A DNA stretch of 64,000 bases from NCBI GenBank assembly GCA_017644005.1, contig JAEPMJ010000004.1, forward strand, positions 238,885-302,884. Reading direction: 5' to 3'. Made by a program: the position numbers and the translations under genes. This DNA is from Rhizobiaceae bacterium (lineage in GTDB: Bacteria; Pseudomonadota; Alphaproteobacteria; Rhizobiales; Rhizobiaceae). How positions within the stretch are numbered: position 1 is the stretch's first letter; every line of letters starts with the position of its first letter. This document shows, in pieces, positions 61,708 to 64,000 of this stretch. The notes beneath the pieces were generated by a model. That model was not told the DNA's origin. It made no database searches and was given only the letters and a program-made list of their open reading frames with translations.

Positions 61708-62619
61708 TTGTTTGGCGAGCGGTTTTCGCTGGTGGCATTAGGTTTGATCGTGGGTCTGTGCGTCGGCCTGCTGATTGTCATGTCCGTCGCCTACTTCGGC
61801 GGTACACTAAACCGGGATTACAAGATAAGCGCCGCCCAACAGAAATGCGGTGACTTGTACGAATGTGACGACAACAATCGCCCAATTGACCGGTTCGGGG
61901 AGCTTCTTAGCGAGGAGGCGATCCGCCAAATTGAGGCTTCCGATAACCCAGAGAATCCCAATTATTATGAACGCCAGGATTTGAGGGCCCAAGAAAGCAT
62001 GGCTCTGGCCACGGATCGGCTGGTCGCCATTTCCATAGCGTCCTTGGTGATCGGCTTCATTGGCGCGGCGGTAGTTATCGTAACCCTGCGGTCTGCCGTT
62101 GACGCCAATGCTATTGCTACCAAGCATTTCGAGGCCGACCAGCGCCCTCTCGTTCGTTTCGACGGTTCGGCTCACGTCAGCTACCTTCATGTCGAGCCGG
62201 ATCATCGATCCATCGTAGTGGGCATCCCCGTCGTCAATTCGGGTAAGAGCGCAGCCACTGAAGCAGTCTTGCATATTGAGGCCGCAAAGCGCCCTCTCCG
62301 CCTCATAGGCAATGGGCGCTCTCGTAAGTTTGGAGAACGCGTCCTCAGCAGTCGAAATCCACATGTGGGGCCGACCATCATCTTTCCCAACGCTGAACCC
62401 GCAGAAATCGTCGGAACGACCTATTCGATCCCGGACGAAAGGCCGTTGCAGCTTTTGATTTGTGTTGTCTATCAGGGGCGCAGTTCTGATCGCAGATATT
62501 ACACCGCCCAAATGCTCAGCCTTGGGGATGTCCCGGCAGATGACGGGGAGGGTATCGATGGAGTTGAACAGACTGACGTGTTCTCGACCATCGTTGCCGA
62601 CAGCCTCGCGATGACCTAA
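61708..62619 (+). CDS. hypothetical two-TM protein (passenger gene of the IS)
   Basis: 303 aa from a TTG start. TM1 is LVALGLIVGLCVGLLIVMSVAYF and TM2 is VAISIASLVIGFIGAAVVIVTL. An acidic, probably helical linker lies between them, and the C-terminal domain is about 170 aa. No motif recognised. Confidence 0.6.
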   Translation: MFGERFSLVALGLIVGLCVGLLIVMSVAYFGGTLNRDYKISAAQQKCGDLYECDDNNRPIDRFGELLSEEAIRQIEASDNPENPNYYERQDLRAQESMALATDRLVAISIASLVIGFIGAAVVIVTLRSAVDANAIATKHFEADQRPLVRFDGSAHVSYLHVEPDHRSIVVGIPVVNSGKSAATEAVLHIEAAKRPLRLIGNGRSRKFGERVLSSRNPHVGPTIIFPNAEPAEIVGTTYSIPDERPLQLLICVVYQGRSSDRRYYTAQMLSLGDVPADDGEGIDGVEQTDVFSTIVADSLAMT

Positions 62620-62678
62620 CAGTCCAGCCACCACCAACACTACCAAAGCCAACAAGACCGTTTTCAAAACCGTATTCC

Positions 62679-62701
62679 TTACATGTTTGAAGGGGATACA
62701 T
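62679..62701. repeat. right terminal inverted repeat TTACATGTTTGAAGGGGATACAT
   Basis: Reverse complement of the left IR, 22/23. Confidence 0.8.
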
Positions 62702-62821
62702 ACGGTTCAATTTTGGTGAAGCGCCTGGGGGTGGTCGAAACCAGGTGTTTTAGCTGCGGTGGAGTGGCGTTGTGTGGCAAAAGCGGCGAGCCGACAGACC
62801 GCTCCATTCGGCCGCTGTTCT

Positions 62822-63592
62822 CTAGACAGTCCGTCTGCCGAGCGCCGTCTCGATGTTCTGCGCTGAACGGCGCACCTCTTCGGCCAGGCGTTCGGCCTCT
62901 GCACGTGCCCTGGTCTCGGGCAACACAATCGATATTGTCGCGACGCAAGCGCCGGTCTCGTCGCATATGGGCGAGGCGATACAGGCGACAGCGAATTCCG
63001 AGGCGCTCATCTGGACTGCGAGGCGTTCGCGGAATTCCGTGCCCGCCAATTCCGAGAGTTTCTCGGGATCGGTCTCCGCCTGTCCGGTTGTGGACGGTCT
63101 GGCAATGTCACGGAAAATGCGCACGCGCTCCTTGTCTTCGAGATGGCCTAGCAGCAACCGGCCGGACGCTGTCCAGTTGAGGGGCACGCGCGTGCCGACA
63201 TCCGATGCGACGTTAAAATGATCCTCGCCGCGCGACATCCCTATGACCGTCATCATGTCATCGTCGCGCGTGCATATCTGGATGGTTTCGCCCAGCCGTT
63301 CCGCCAGCCGCTCCATCTCGCGTTTTGCTTCGTTGAAGACATCCATGCGTGACCGGTAGGTCAGGCCGTAACGCATGAGGCGAGGGCCAAGCCATACCGC
63401 ACCATCGCCAATGCGTATCAACATCGAGCGTTCGACCAGTTCGTCGACGATCTTATAGACCGTGGATACCGGTGCGCCGATCGAACGCGCCAGATCATAG
63501 GTGCTCATCGGCTGCCGCCGGTCGGTAAGCGAATCGAGAATCTGCAGCGTCCGGTCGATGGCTCCAACGCGCTTGCGTGAATCGTCCTTCAT
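62822..63592 (-). CDS. IclR family transcriptional regulator
   Basis: 256 aa. N-terminal wHTH RTLQILDSLTDRRQPMSTYDLARSIGAPVSTVYKIVDEL and a C-terminal IclR effector domain. Confidence 0.9.
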   Translation of the reverse strand: MKDDSRKRVGAIDRTLQILDSLTDRRQPMSTYDLARSIGAPVSTVYKIVDELVERSMLIRIGDGAVWLGPRLMRYGLTYRSRMDVFNEAKREMERLAERLGETIQICTRDDDMMTVIGMSRGEDHFNVASDVGTRVPLNWTASGRLLLGHLEDKERVRIFRDIARPSTTGQAETDPEKLSELAGTEFRERLAVQMSASEFAVACIASPICDETGACVATISIVLPETRARAEAERLAEEVRRSAQNIETALGRRTV

Positions 63593-63671
63593 ACGTGTTC
63601 CCTTCCGATTGCGGCCGTTCCTGACTTTCAGCGCCCGCGATTCTCCTTGACGGTCATCTGGGTGCAGTCTA

Positions 63672-63703
63672 CCATTATTATAGCATATATTCCATAGTAA
63701 TGG
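63672..63703. promoter_or_regulatory. 32-bp AT-rich near-palindrome, candidate IclR operator
   Basis: CCATTATTATAGCATATATTCCATAGTAATGG matches its own reverse complement at 26/32 positions. It overlaps the RBS of the downstream SBP gene. Confidence 0.45.
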
Positions 63704-63711
63704 AGGAATAG

Positions 63712-64000
63712 ATGGAATTTAGCGCTACAGTCAAGCTTTCGCTGCGGAGCATTCTCGTGGCGGGGAGCATATTCGCCTTGCCGGTCCATGCCGCGCTTGC
63801 CGACGGCGGAACCGTGAACGTCGCCATCATTGGCGAGCCGGACACTCTCGATCCGATGGTTTCGACAAAGGACGTCGTGTCCATCGTCACCCAGCACATC
63901 GTTGAGACGCTCTTCACATTCGATGAAAACTGGGCGGTCGCGCCGCTTCTGGCGAAGGACATGCCGGCAATTTCCGATGGCGGCAAAGTCTACGACATCA
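63712..64000 (+). CDS. ABC transporter substrate-binding protein (family 5, peptide/nickel type), 5' part only
   Basis: Own translation: MEFSATVKLSLRSILVAGSIFALPVHAALADGGTVNVAIIGEPDTLDPMVSTKDVVSIVTQHIVETLFTFDENWAVAPLLAKD... RBS TGGAGGA. It runs off the window end. Confidence 0.8.
   Translation, partial: MEFSATVKLSLRSILVAGSIFALPVHAALADGGTVNVAIIGEPDTLDPMVSTKDVVSIVTQHIVETLFTFDENWAVAPLLAKDMPAISDGGKVYDI

Larger units (their letters stand above)
60651..62701 (+). mobile_element. IS1595-family transposable unit with one passenger gene (2,051 bp)
   Basis: Terminal inverted repeats match at 22/23 positions and enclose a transposase ORF plus a second ORF. Sampled lines have lower G+C (about 45-57%) than the flanks. 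I could not recognise a target-site duplication. Confidence 0.75.

Noticed and set aside
60643-62709. Search for an 8-bp target-site duplication flanking the IS1595-type element.
   Set aside because: The left flank TAATGCGG and right flank ACGGTTCA are not direct repeats, and shifting the boundaries by a few bases did not help. Only an inverted AACCGT/ACGGTT pair is present, at unequal distances from the ends, and I treat it as coincidence.
1-64000. Looked for tRNA/rRNA genes, CRISPR arrays, and the conserved SRP RNA GGAAGCAGCC-type motif.
   Set aside because: I found no T-arm GGTTCGA-type motif in a cloverleaf context, no regularly spaced direct repeats and no match to the SRP RNA motif. 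A by-eye scan can miss divergent RNAs.

Overview
This window is a high-GC alphaproteobacterial chromosome segment. Its gene order is typical of Rhizobiales/Hyphomicrobiales: divK-pleD, mipZ, eipB, rpsB-tsf-pyrH-frr-uppS-cdsA-rseP-bamA-lpxD-fabZ-lpxA, gltA, and gltX-comEC-lexA. I support about 65 protein-coding genes, and almost all are housekeeping. I saw no tRNA, rRNA or CRISPR array. Many long ORFs in the track are antisense or out-of-frame shadows of real genes, for example 240..1040+, 34157..36271-, 51056..52582- and 42277..43470-. Several track ORFs carry spurious N-terminal extensions, and I re-set those starts by reading the sequence. The only clear accessory DNA is a 2,051-bp IS1595-family element at 60651..62701. 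It has 23-bp terminal inverted repeats (22/23 match), which I found by eye. It carries a transposase plus one uncharacterised two-TM passenger gene, and it sits 18 bp from the lexA SOS operator. I could not find a convincing multi-gene novel system, so the passenger gene is the best candidate for something undescribed. Other points worth a second look:
- alpha-type SOS boxes at dinB and lexA
- a degenerate PyrC'-type dihydroorotase paralog
- a class D beta-lactamase homolog overlapping eipB
- absence of lpxI-lpxB after lpxA
- a small terminator-flanked ORF upstream of sdaA
- palindromic operators at the phasin, TetR and IclR loci
All homology calls come from motif recognition and memory, not from database searches.
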